A stretch of DNA of 32,559 bases from Octopus sinensis (GCF_006345805.1 NW_021829613.1:1-32559), one strand, 5' to 3'; counted from the first letter of the stretch, positions 1-10,362 are shown. Notes: generated by a model not told the origin, from the letters alone. Numbers and translations: made by a program.

Positions 1-30
1 GACATGGCCTGGACCAATCATTGGTCGAAA
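1..30 (+). mobile_element. Probable 3' terminal stem-loop fragment of a CR1-group LINE related to the copy ending at 17127
   Basis: gacatggcctggaccaatcattggtcgaaa closely matches gacatggcctgggccaataatggccgaaa (17075-17102) in the LINE 3' UTR. Only ~30 nt are visible at the window edge. Confidence 0.45.
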
Positions 31-338
31 TTAATACATGCAAAAAGAAGAATTTGACTGATTACATATATATGCAGATATCTATTTGCCTTGAATAAAC
101 TATGGTGGTATTTATTGGTCTTCAGTGTTGCTACTAGTTGTTAATGTAGATATATGTTTGTTTGATTAGTAATGATGTTGTTAGTATAGCATTATTGACT
201 TTTTGTAAAATGATTTATATTATTTATATTATTATGTATGTGTATATGTGTATATATATAAGATATGAGTATATATTCACTCATATTTATATTTATATGT
301 AAATGATTTTTGTGGGTATGTACTCATACTTACATTAG

Positions 339-454
339 AATCGCCGAAGAGGCCGTAAGATAATTTTGTTAATGTCTCATTTATACCTGCAATATATGGC
401 TAATATAGGTTAAATGAGACATACCTATCTGCATGGCCGAAACAGCTGTCAGTT
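339..454 (+). ncRNA. Degenerate type-I hammerhead ribozyme motif with extended stem II
   Basis: CCGAAGA 344-350 (CUGANGA with U4C); stem II ggcc 351-354 / ggcc 435-438 enclosing a perfect 12-bp hairpin atgtctcattta 372-383 / taaatgagacat 411-422; GAAA 439-442; palindromic stem III A-CAGCTG-T; GUC site at 448-450. Stem I pairs poorly. Confidence 0.55.
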
Positions 455-639
455 ATAATGTAATGTATTTTTATATCTTGTTATATTTATTTAGTTATAT
501 CTCATTATAATGATTGTAATTGTTGTACTGTATAATGTCTAATCTTAATGCTCTTGTGTAGTGTTTTATAAAGTATATGATTCGGTATTATCTGATAGTT
601 GATGAATGATTAGATATATTTCTCCATTTTCCTCATTTT

Positions 640-820
640 GTATATTATATATATATATATATAAATATATATAGATGATAGATATGTGTATATATATATG
701 TATATATAATATGTATACATATACATACATATATATATATATATATAATTATATATATATATATTATATATATTATATATATATATATATATGTATATAG
801 ATACACATACATATACATAC

Positions 821-851
<31 letters not shown>
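640..851. repeat. Compound (TA)n/(CA)n/(CATA)n microsatellite
   Basis: Direct reading; it accounts for ORFs 610..1056 and 645..860. Confidence 0.95.
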
Positions 852-852
<1 letters not shown>

Positions 853-1036
853 GTTGACAACCGATGTCGGTATGCTTAGATCCCTGTAACTTAGCGGTTC
901 GGAATAAGAGACCGATGGAATAAGTACTAGGCTTACAAACAAAAAGTCCTGGGGTCGATTTCTCAGACCAACAAAAAATCCTTTTAAGGTGTTGTTACAG
1001 CATGGCCGCAGTGTAATGACTGAAATAAGTAAAATA
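852..1036 (+). mobile_element. 3' half of tRNA-derived SINE family A (octopus-type)
   Basis: gttgacaaccgat...taacttagcggttcgg...gaataagtactaggcttacaa...gcatggccgcagt...atgactgaaa matches the 3' half of the full copy at 10363-10762. Confidence 0.85.
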
Positions 1037-1194
1037 ATACACACACACACACGCATATAAGGTATTAGCTATTCTCTATAAGTCGATAAATACATGTTAT
1101 ATGAATGAACCGCGTCGTATGCCTTTCACTCCGATGTGTTGAAAGAAATATAGTAATTCTTCATTGATATAAACTTGCTGACACAGCATAAATC

Positions 1195-1239
1195 AGTAGT
1201 AGTAGTAGTAGTAGTGGTAGTAGTAGTAGTAGTAGTAGT

Positions 1240-1298
<59 letters not shown>

Positions 1299-1321
1299 CA
1301 GCAGCAGCAGTAGTAGTAGTT

Positions 1322-1362
<41 letters not shown>

Positions 1363-1376
1363 GGTGGTGGTAGTTG
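1195..1376. repeat. Compound trinucleotide microsatellite (GTA)n/(GCA)n/(GTG)n
   Basis: Direct reading. Confidence 0.95.
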
Positions 1377-2026
1377 GTTTTAACAACACACCAAAAGTCC
1401 TCTACGAAGCAAAGGATCAAACAGCACAAAATATATTATCGTTTTTTTTTTGTTTCTATTTTTGTTTCTGTTTTCTTGTTTTTTTTTTAATATATATATA
1501 TTTGTTTACTTGATGGGCGAATCCAAGAAGGAAGAGCCTAAGTTGAGAATCTGGGAAGGTACTTCCGGTGTGGGAGAGAGCGCAAAGATAGATAAGTCAA
1601 CTGGATGCCATTAATGCTCTCATTACATTTTAGTTAGTAAGCCATTTAGATGTTGGGTGTGTTGAAAATGTGTGTTTATATATATATATATATACATACA
1701 CGTATGTATGTGTGTGTGTGTATGTATGTATGTAAACACGGGCAGATTTCCAGAAGTTTAGCTGTGCTCTGTGTAATGTATATGGAAGAAAGAGTGAAGC
1801 TGCTGTTTAATAATGTGTACTATGGATTGATATACGGGTGTGAAAAGTAGATTATCGAGTGCAGTAAGGATGTGAGATATCAGAGAGATATCAGACAGAT
1901 ATATTCTGTATTGAAGAGATATTGAAAGGAGAGAGAGAAAAAAAAGAAAAGATAAGAAAAGAAAAGAAATTTTCCCAACCCCAGTAGATTGTTAAAACAG
2001 CGATAAAAAGCTAACGAAACGAAATA

Positions 2027-2048
2027 AACACACGCGCACGCACACACA

Positions 2049-2090
<42 letters not shown>

Positions 2091-2150
2091 AAGCACACAC
2101 AAGCACACACACACACAAGCACACACAAGCACACACAAGCACACACACAT
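2027..2150. repeat. (CA)n-type microsatellite with caagcacaca variants
   Basis: Direct reading. Confidence 0.9.
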
Positions 2151-2926
2151 ATGTGTGTTAAAATATATGTTAAAATGGCGAAGTGGTAACCGACTGAACG
2201 CTGGATTAAGAGTTAATGTTCTTTCATAAAAGAAAAAAGAAAAGTTAACCAATAATATATTGGAATGGCTATTCTCAGTATGTTAAACACTAACTAAAAG
2301 AAATACCAGTTCATGTGTGGAAACAATAAACTATAATCGTTACTATTTTTAATTTCAGCTTCAAATTTAGTATTACAATTGATATATTTATAGCAAACTT
2401 TCTTAACAAGTACGTTTGTCTTATTGATCTTAGCGCGTCAGCTGTAGACATCGACAGAATCTATACGAAAAAGGCATTGTAAAATAAGAGAAAGTGCTTC
2501 AAGAGAAAGAAGCGGGTAGTGAAATGTATACGAGATATCTTTTTTGTTTGTTTGCTTTTGTTTCGAAGGCGTCAACAAATTTAATTCGATTTATCGATCA
2601 AAATCTATAGAGATCTTCTTACTTCGTATAAAAGAAAATGCATTTCTGCCAACGCTTTATAAAGTTTCAAGTGGAAAATTGAAGAAAACTGACAAACAAA
2701 GAAAAGAAAAATGAGCTTAGTTGTTTCTCGGGAGGGTCATTATCCCAATCAGTTTTACTGAGTAATGTATCAAGATATTATAGTACGTTAATGGTATTTT
2801 GACTGTTACAGTTGCACTTTCAGGTAAATAAAAGTAAAAACGGAAAAGTAATGTTCGAAGGTGCCATTTGGTCAGAGCCACCCCGCTCATTATTTTTCTC
2901 TTTTCATTCATCTTTAACACAATTTA

Positions 2927-3514
2927 TTGGGTTGTCCGGAAAGTTCGCGCCGATTTATAGTAGCTTACCTTTCGACTTATTTTAAAATATGGTTGAGTCC
3001 ATAAAATAAGATTTGACCTTAAGACATAAGACCTAGATCATGCGTACACATCATCCACCTATATGTTGCATCTCATACTGAACAAAATCTGTACAAGCGA
3101 AACTTTAATAATAATATTGGGTTGACCATAAAGTTCGTGTCGATTTATAGTAGCTTACCTTTCGATTTATTTTAGAACATGGTTGAGTCCATAAAATAAG
3201 ATTTGACTACACCTCCATTTAGAGCACAGTTTAAGCTATCTTTTCGTGGAAGAAGGTTTATGTTCCTATAACCTGTGTTAATTCTGTAACCCTTTAAAAT
3301 GGAAGATAAGAAAGTTCATTTTCGGCATTTGATGCTTTGGACCATACAAAATTGCTGCAGCTTGGCTGGGATGTGTTTACCAACCACCCTCCATATTAAC
3401 CAGATATTGCTCCTTCTGTTTCCACTTATTCAGGTCTCTGCAGAATAGTCTGCAAGTATTTATTGACCTTTTTTTTTCTTTTAAAAATCGGCACGAACTT
3501 TCCGGACAACCCAA
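2927..3514 (+). mobile_element. Internally deleted mariner element with a duplicated left end
   Basis: TIR ttgggttgtccggaaagttcgcgccgattt at 2927 and its reverse complement aaatcggcacgaactttccggacaacccaa ending at 3514, with TA on both sides. A second left end starts at 3117. Transposase remnants: ATG 3299 MEDKKVHFRHLMLW joined to a frameshifted KLLQLGWDV..HPP..PDIAPS..HLFRSLQNSL (the mariner YSPDLAP motif region). Confidence 0.9.
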
Positions 3515-4182
3515 TAATTACAAGGAAAAAGAAAAAAAGTGGTGAGGGTTCGGATTAAGCAGAAGATGAGAGAGAGGGAGCAACGGGCCGCACACCCCTG
3601 AATAAATGGAATGTTCAGTCGCGCAACGTCGTCATGACCGCGATGGCTTTGCCGCGGAGGACGGCCAGCGACAATCGCTGCAGCAGCCATTTCTCAGACA
3701 GGACGCTGTTATCCCAATTTTGAGGAGGAATACAGTAGTGAGGGGTCCAGAAATACCCGAGGCGACCGGCACAAACTGATAGCAGCCGGTCAGGCCCCTG
3801 TATTTAATTATTGTTCACTTTTGTGCGTTACGGGCGGTGATACCCGGGTTTCTAGCCGATGCCGCACAGTTGGAGTCGGAGTACGTGTCGCTGCACTTTG
3901 CGTCCCGGATTAGGGATCTGCCTCACTTGGTATTTTCTCCGGTGTTTCTAACGATTCTGCCAATTCGTTGTGTTGCTATATAATATATAATATATATATA
4001 TAATATATAATATATATATATTTATTTATATTATATGTAATACGGAACCCTAATGCAGATCCTAGATCCAGCCTTAGCTGTGATCTTGGAACCTAACAGT
4101 CGACCAACTATAGCACTTAATCAGCGTACCTATCCGTTTAGATCACAAGTGATGTATGTATATATACATATATATATATATC

Positions 4183-4206
4183 TTAACTGCAAAGTGCTCA
4201 ACACAT

Positions 4207-4246
<40 letters not shown>

Positions 4247-4589
4247 GTGTGAGTGTGTGTATGTTGATTCGCTAGCCTCTGCAACGCATATTTTTTTTCT
4301 CTCCTTCTTTCTGTGTTTTTTTCTCTGTGTATCTTTCTGTTGAAGAGCGTAGGCTCGAAACGTTAAGATTGTTTTTATTTATATTTCCTGAGCGTCACAC
4401 TAATACAATTGTTTGTTTGTATCCACCTGCCTTCGTCTTTTGTTTATTTCCGTAAACCTGCCTTCGTCTTTTGTCTATTTTCATAAAGCTTCCCGTTATA
4501 TATATATATATACATACATATGTGTACACACACACTCACATATATATATGTGTGTGTGTGTGTGTATGTGTTGAGCACTTTGCAGTTAA
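4183..4589. repeat. Local inverted duplication (arms ~4183-4260 and ~4526-4589) around the hammerhead-bearing insert
   Basis: ttaactgcaaagtgctcaacacatacacac (4183) is the reverse complement of gtgtgtatgtgttgagcactttgcagttaa (ending 4589); atatatgtgtgagtgtgtgt pairs with acacacactcacatatatat. Confidence 0.85.
4331..4369 (+). ncRNA. Degenerate minimal type-I hammerhead motif
   Basis: atctt-t / CTGTTGA 4337-4343 (A6U) / extra A / stem II gagc-gtag-gctc 4345-4356 / GAAA 4357-4360 / palindromic A-CG-T / U17 at 4364 / aagat 4365-4369. Confidence 0.6.
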
Positions 4590-5114
4590 TGATTTCGCAT
4601 GGAACGCGCACGCGCGTACGCACACAAACATAAACACTAACATATTCACAAGCATAAGCATACAAACACACATGAACATACACACACGCATACGCACACA
4701 TTTTATAAGCGTTTCATAGTAGTTTTAAGGAATCTCCAGAGGTCTTCCGATTGGTTTGATGGTTCGCTGGAGCTGACCAGCGATTGCTCTTCCTATATTT
4801 TATCTTTATTTTCACTTTTTATTCTATTTACAAATCTATGAGATTCCCCGATGATCAATAGTTATTTATTTCAATAAACCAAGAAGAATATTTTGAACGT
4901 GGTTTCTCGACCTGCAAGAAGCATCAGTCAAATCTCTTTGAAATCGAAGCCTCCTTCTTTAAAAAAAAAAAAAAAAAAAGGGACAAGACACATTGGATGA
5001 AATTGAAATCTATTAAGAATGATAAATTTCAGCGATTTGAAACAAGCATTGTTAATGTACCAGTAATTTACTTTGGGATTTTATCTGATATAAAGAAGGG
5101 ACCTTTATCTTTTA

Positions 5115-5626
5115 CCGTAAATCCTTGAGTATAATCCGCATTTTTCCCCAAAAATTTAAATGTCAAAATCCCTAGTGCGTACTATGTACGAGGTTAAAAA
5201 TGAAAATTATTTTCTAAGCAATGTCCGAGTCTCTATTTGTTGTCCGGCAATGTTTACTCAGGTGCATTTTGTGATGTCGGGCGCAAAAATACCTTAAGCT
5301 AAGCCTGAAAGCAATGAAGTCATAAAATAATCATCCATAACTTACAGTAAGCAACATTTATTAAACGTTATTACTGTCATTTCTTTATTTTCTGCAAACA
5401 AAATGCACAAAAAAGCTACACGTTTGCATTATGTTATATATACAATAATAATAAAGGATGTTACCGTATACATTTTTACAAGCCAAGGACGTTATATAGA
5501 CCTCTTTGACTTAAGTTAGAGAAGGGGTGCGTATTATACACAAGGTTTAGGTTTTTCAGAGGTACAGCCCCCTAAAAATCACCTGCATATTATACTCAAG
5601 GGCAGAGTATACTCGAGGATTTACGG
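5115..5626. mobile_element. MITE of Tc1/mariner superfamily, Tc2/pogo-like TIR
   Basis: TA|ccgtaaatccttgagtata at the left and tatactcgaggatttacgg|TA at the right; 512 bp; subterminal gcgtattatac-type repeats; no transposase ORF. The Tc2/pogo assignment rests only on the CCGTA TIR start. Confidence 0.8.
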
Positions 5627-5631
5627 TACCT

Positions 5632-5818
5632 TTTATTATTTTACTTGAATCAGTCATTAGACTGCAGCCATGCTGGGGCACCGTCTGGAAGAATTTTAGT
5701 CAAACTAATCGACCCTAGTACTAATCTTTTTAAAGTCTGATACTTAGCTACTTATTCTATCAGGTTCTTTTACTGAACTGCTAAGTTATGGGGACATAAA
5801 AACACTAGTTGTCAGGCA
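5632..5818 (-). mobile_element. 3' part of SINE family A (diverged)
   Basis: tcagtcattagactgcagccatgctggggcacc...ctaagttatggggacataaaaacactagttgtca is the reverse complement of the family A tail. Confidence 0.75.
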
Positions 5819-5831
5819 GTAGTGGGGGAAA

Positions 5832-5915
5832 AACACACACACACACACACACGTACATACATACACACACACACACGTACATACACACACATACACACAC
5901 ACACGTGCACACACA

Positions 5916-5990
<75 letters not shown>
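5832..5990. repeat. (CA)n / (TA)n microsatellite
   Basis: Direct reading. Confidence 0.95.
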
Positions 5991-5991
<1 letters not shown>

Positions 5992-6340
5992 GGCGCAGGA
6001 GTGGCTGTGTGGTAAGTATCTTGCTTACCAACCACATGGTTCTGGGTTCAGTCCCACTGCGTGACACCTTGGGCAAGTATTTTCTTCTATAGCCCCGGGC
6101 CGACCAAAGCCTTGTGAGTGGATTTGGTAGACGGAAGCTGAATGAAGCCCGTCGTATATATATGTTTGTGTGTCTATGTTTGCCCCGACCCCAACATCCC
6201 TGTAAATTAGCGGTTCGGCAAGAGAGACCGATAGAATAAGTACTAGGCTTACAAAGAATAAGTCCTCGGGTCGATTTGCTCGACTAAAGGCGTTGCTCCA
6301 GCATGGCCGCAGTCAAATGACTGAAACAAAATAAAGAAAG
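5991..6340 (+). mobile_element. Near full-length tRNA-derived SINE family A
   Basis: Head aggcgcaggagtggctgtgtggtaag with B-box-like gggttcagtccc, the body and the ...gcatggccgcagtcaaatgactgaaac tail are colinear with 10363-10762, apart from a short internal deletion. Confidence 0.9.
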
Positions 6341-6404
6341 ATATATATATATATATCTATATATATATATTATATATATATATTATATATGTATGTATGT
6401 ATAA

Positions 6405-6443
<39 letters not shown>

Positions 6444-6446
6444 TAT

Positions 6447-6580
6447 ACGACGGGCTTCTTTCAGTTTCTCTCTACCAGATCTACTCTCAGGGCTTTGGTC
6501 AGCCTAAGGTTATAGCAGAAAACACTTGCTAGGTAGACACGAAGTGAGACTGAACCCGGAACCATGTGGCTGGAGAGCAA
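6447..6580 (-). mobile_element. 5' half of SINE family A, inverted relative to 5991-6340
   Basis: cgacgggcttctttcagttt...ctgaacccggaaccatgtgg is the reverse complement of the family A head and body. Confidence 0.8.
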
Positions 6581-6603
6581 CACACAGAACCATGGCTGCG
6601 CTT

Positions 6604-6694
6604 ACGGTCATGGCTGGCATACCTTTGATCACAGGAGAAAAAAACAGGTTTGTCACGGCTGAACCTGGAGTTAAACAACAATAACAACAACAAC
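6604..6694 (-). mobile_element. Short interspersed repeat related to 18695-18780
   Basis: Reverse complement reads gttgtttaactccaggttcagccgtg...gatcaaaggtatgccagccatgacc, resembling gtgtttagccctaggctggctctgatc...ttcaaatgcattccagtcacgagc. Confidence 0.55.
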
Positions 6695-6859
6695 AGTTAT
6701 TTATCTCAATGAAGTTTTATTATTTACTGTTCCCTTGTAGTTACAATCAAATGAAGGCGCAGATGAGCCTCTTTGTGAGAAGGGAACAGAAGAGAAAACG
6801 GGACGCAGCTTTTACTACCAGCTGTCTCACTCGATAAAGTGTGGGACAAAACAGCTGAC

Positions 6860-7160
6860 GGTATTTAATTAAACTCCTTTGCGTTCTGAGTTCAAACCCT
6901 GCCAGGATCGATTTTTGTTTTTCATCCTACGAAGATCGATAAAATAAATAGGAGTGGAATCGTCCTGGGGATCGATTAAAGCCACTACAAAATTCATAGA
7001 AATCTTTGAATATGTTCCGAACTGGCTGAGTGGCTAACACGTTCGATATTATTTCTCGTTATCCACGAGTTCAAATCACGCTAGCGTCATTATTATTTTT
7101 TTTTTTTTTACTTTTCGGGGGCGATAAAAAAATACCAAACTTAGGCGGTCAATTGTAGAA
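6860..7160 (+). mobile_element. Two old, diverged fragments of SINE family B
   Basis: gcgttctgagttcaaac...ttttcatcct...gatcgataaaata and cacgagttcaaatc...ttcgggggcgataaaa resemble the family B body (26161-26300). Confidence 0.5.
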
Positions 7161-7819
7161 TTGTTAAAGGATTGGATAAGATGTCTTGCGGTATTTGTTT
7201 CGATGATACGAGTACTAATCTGTATTGGCCTCAAAACGGTGGTTTTTCTCTTCGATAAACATCAATGCTTAGGTAATTACAAGTCTTCTGGAAAAAATGT
7301 TGCCCTGCCAAGGACATACACGTGCTTCATCGATCTTGTGCGACAGAAGCGCGTAGTTCGTGATAGTGAATGATGTGGAGAAGGAAATATGAGAAAGATA
7401 ATTTATTCTATAAAATCCTCGAGTGTATCGCAAACTTTCGTTCTTGAATCTTTTAAACTAACAAATGCCTCTTTTAGCAACTGCTATTGGTTTGCTCGTA
7501 GCTTTTAAATGCTTAATTTGCTCGCGAATGTTTTAATGTTTCTCGCTGTTTACTGTAGCTAGTTTAATGCTTTGATATGCCGGTGCCCCACTCCCTTCTC
7601 GCTACTGTGACAAATGATGGAAGAGGCAGCGAATGCGCTGTTTTTTTATAGGCTGAAAATGATCGAACTTTGGACATCTGTAACATTTTCGCAAAATTTT
7701 TCTGGAATAAATGCATGAGAAATTCGGATTGAGCATCAAAAACGACATCTGTATGATACATGAAACAATTTTTTTTAAAGATTTCGACATTCAGTGACTA
7801 TAACCACAAAGATCCAACA

Positions 7820-7912
7820 TAAGTATTCAGGTCGATTCGTTCGAGTAAAACTTCTAGGCGCTACTCCAGCTAGGCCGCAGTCATATGACTGAAAGAAATG
7901 AAAGTGAAAATA
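7820..7912 (+). mobile_element. 3' fragment of SINE family A
   Basis: ggtcgattcgttcgagtaaaac...ggccgcagtcatatgactgaaa. Confidence 0.7.
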
Positions 7913-8069
7913 AAACAAACAAACAAACATACACACACACACACACACACACGCACAAAGTAAGGCACATATATTTCTTTACAGTTCTATATTTAAGAGA
8001 TGAGGAGTTATGTACATTATTTACATTATTTACATTCAACGGATATTTGTCCTCATCTTGTTTGTTGCT

Positions 8070-8115
8070 AACGCAACGTTTCGGCTGATACACCTTCCAG
8101 CTTTCTTCAGGTGTC
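8070..8115 (-). ncRNA. Minimal type-I hammerhead motif, near intact
   Basis: Minus strand: gacac-CTGAAGA-a-agctg-gaaggtgtat-cagcc-GAAA-CG-TT-gcgtt. The core is conserved, with one stem II closing mismatch (A.C) and one stem I mismatch. The inverted partial copy at 8360-8377 has gtgtt, which restores stem I. Confidence 0.75.
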
Positions 8116-8167
8116 TTGGGGGAAATTTCGAACCTGGATTCTCATTCCTAAGGTATTCTTCGATGTT

Positions 8168-8201
8168 ACTATTGTAGTTGTTGTTGTTGTTGTTGTTGTT
8201 G

Positions 8202-8247
<46 letters not shown>

Positions 8248-8260
8248 CATTATTATTATT
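8168..8260. repeat. (GTT)n/(ATT)n microsatellite
   Basis: Direct reading. Confidence 0.95.
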
Positions 8261-8358
8261 GCCCGTGTGCATATGGCGTAGTGGTTAAGAGCGCGGGCTA
8301 CTAACCCCAAGATTCCAAGTTCGATTCCAAGCAGTGACCTGAACAATAATAATAATAA
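8261..8358 (+). mobile_element. Short tRNA-derived SINE with (AAT)n tail
   Basis: A-box tggcgtagtgg (8274-8284), B-box gttcgattcc (8319-8328), then gacctgaacaataataataa. No tRNA acceptor stem. Confidence 0.8.
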
Positions 8359-8359
8359 A

Positions 8360-8420
8360 CAGCCGAAACGTTGTGTTAACAACAAACAAGAGGAGGACAA
8401 ATGTAAATAATGTAAATAAT
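8360..8420 (+). repeat. Inverted partial copy of 8016-8087 (3' half of the hammerhead plus tail)
   Basis: cagccgaaacgttgtgttaacaacaaacaagaggaggacaaatgtaaataatgtaaataat versus minus strand cagccgaaacgttgcgttagcaacaaacaagatgaggacaaat...gtaaataatgtaaataat. Confidence 0.85.
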
Positions 8421-9099
8421 ATATATTTCTTTATTTCTTAGCTGTTAAACTAAGTAACTGAAGAGCCTAAAGTTCCGTGCAAGTATACTTATTAATTGCT
8501 CTAAGGGTCGAGACTCTCGGTGCAAATGCACTTATCACACTTTGATAAGTGCATTTGACCGAAACTCTAGACCCTCGAGTCACTTATGTAGTTATATAGC
8601 CAATGAATACAGAAATGTTATCTTTCTTTATAGATCGGAGTCCAGATTCTGGCTGTTTTAGGTTGGTTCCATTGACTGTTATTGCTCGCGTTACCAATTT
8701 CAGCACCTGGCGCCAATCTGTAAGGAAAATAAATAAAATCATTATGTAGTAGTAGTGGTGGTAGTAGTAGTAGTAGTAAGAGAACAGCAGTAATAAATAT
8801 AGTAACAACACCGGTAGTGGCAGCAGCAGTAATAGTAGTAGTAGTAGTAGTAGTAGTAGTAGAATCCCGATGATTACCACAGCTGGTTATTCGACCCTAC
8901 TATAGAAATAGCAACCGAATCTCCCTCATATAGTACCCAACGAATAATAATAATGATTTAATTATGAAGGTAGGACGTGTCTTCCATGAAGACAATCTCG
9001 ACTGATACGGCTTCTTTTTCTTTGGTTTTTTCTTTTTATTTTATTATAGGTGTGCTTGTTCAGCGCTGACCAGGGGCTAAACAACAAATACAAGAAAAG

Positions 9100-9495
9100 A
9101 CGGAGAAGGAGGAGATGGAAAAGAAGAAGAAGAAGAAGAAGGAGGAGGAGGAGGAGGAGAAGAAGAAGAAGAAGAAGAAGAAGAAGGAGGAGGAGGAGGA
9201 GGAGAAAAAGAAGAAGAAGAAGAAGAAGAAGAAGAAGAAGAAGAAGAAGAAGAAGAATTAAAATGATGAGAGGAAAAATGTAGAAAAAGAAGATAGGAGG
9301 AAGAAAAGGAAGAACAGGAGAAAATGAAATGATGAAGAAGAGAGGGAAAAAGAAAGAACGAATGACACAGAAGATAAAGAAGCAAAAATGAAATGAAAGT
9401 GTGAGAAATGAAGGAAAAAAAGAAAGAGAATGAGGCAGAAAGGAAAGAAGAATGAAAGAAGAAGAAGATGATGATGATGATGATGATGATGATAT
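9100..9495. repeat. Purine-rich (GAA)n/(GGA)n/(GAT)n low-complexity tract
   Basis: Direct reading; it accounts for ORFs 8962..9654, 9050..9283, 9077..9514 and 9258..9530. Confidence 0.95.
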
Positions 9496-10362
9496 ATGAG
9501 AAGAAGCCTCCCAAAGAGATATAACAACAATCACAGCATTATTTTCAAGACTAAAAGCTGATGTTTCGAAAAAGAGCAAGAAAAACAAAAACAAAAAATG
9601 AATAAATAAGTAAAATAAAATAAATATACAAAAGAAGCGAAGCCAAAAAAACAAGAAAGCGAGATCTCCAAGACTTACAAATCAACGTGACGAGATAAAA
9701 GAAACTTAGGTCCTATAAATCTATAAATACTGCCTCGGTGAAACCTTAGTACCTCCAAACTGCTCATATTTATACTATGCTTAATAACTACTCTGCATTC
9801 CCTTCATTGAGAGAGGGTTTACTGATTTTGTTTGCTTTAGCATTTTTTCTTTACTTTTCTTTTCAGTTTTTTTTTTTCTTTGCGTTTTTTTTTTTCTTTC
9901 GGGTATAAGGTAGGGAGATATTTACCTCTCCCTCACCTGTAGAAATACTTAGTTTCAGTCAGTCACATGTAAGATAAGGGAATTCATTATTTACTTGTTT
10001 ATAAAGATTCTTCCTTCTCTCGTCATCGCTTTCGTAATTCAGCTGCAGTTATCGTCTGGTGTGAAAGATTCGACCGACAGATAGAGCGACAAAATGGCCG
10101 ACCGACCGACCGACCGACCGACCAGTCTTATCTTCGCCTCCCTATAACGCCTGCTCTCACTTCTACAAACAAGAAGTTCTTCTTTACCCGATAATTTTCA
10201 ATTATTTTCATTGTACCCATTACAGTTACTCGGTGACCGGAAATACTAGAATACATACTTAGATAAGAGAAGATGCGTGGCATAGTGATTGGATTTCATT
10301 CACGCTCGGAAGATATGGGTTCAATTCGTGGTTGCTTTTAATGCAAACAAAACGATCGAAAT

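Noticed and set aside
610-2252. ORFs rich in YI/HT/VC/T/V repeats (and equivalents at 5786-6076, 13939-14374, 17642-18127, 22179-23136, 26570-28659)
   Set aside because: They are translations of di-, tri- and tetranucleotide microsatellites that lack stop codons by construction.
8261-8340. Possible tRNA gene
   Set aside because: A and B boxes are present, but there is no acceptor stem or clean anticodon arm and it ends in (AAT)n, so it is treated as a SINE.
8962-9654. 230-aa Leu/Phe-rich and 77-aa Arg-rich ORFs
   Set aside because: Produced by the (GAA/GGA)n tract; no protein-like complexity.
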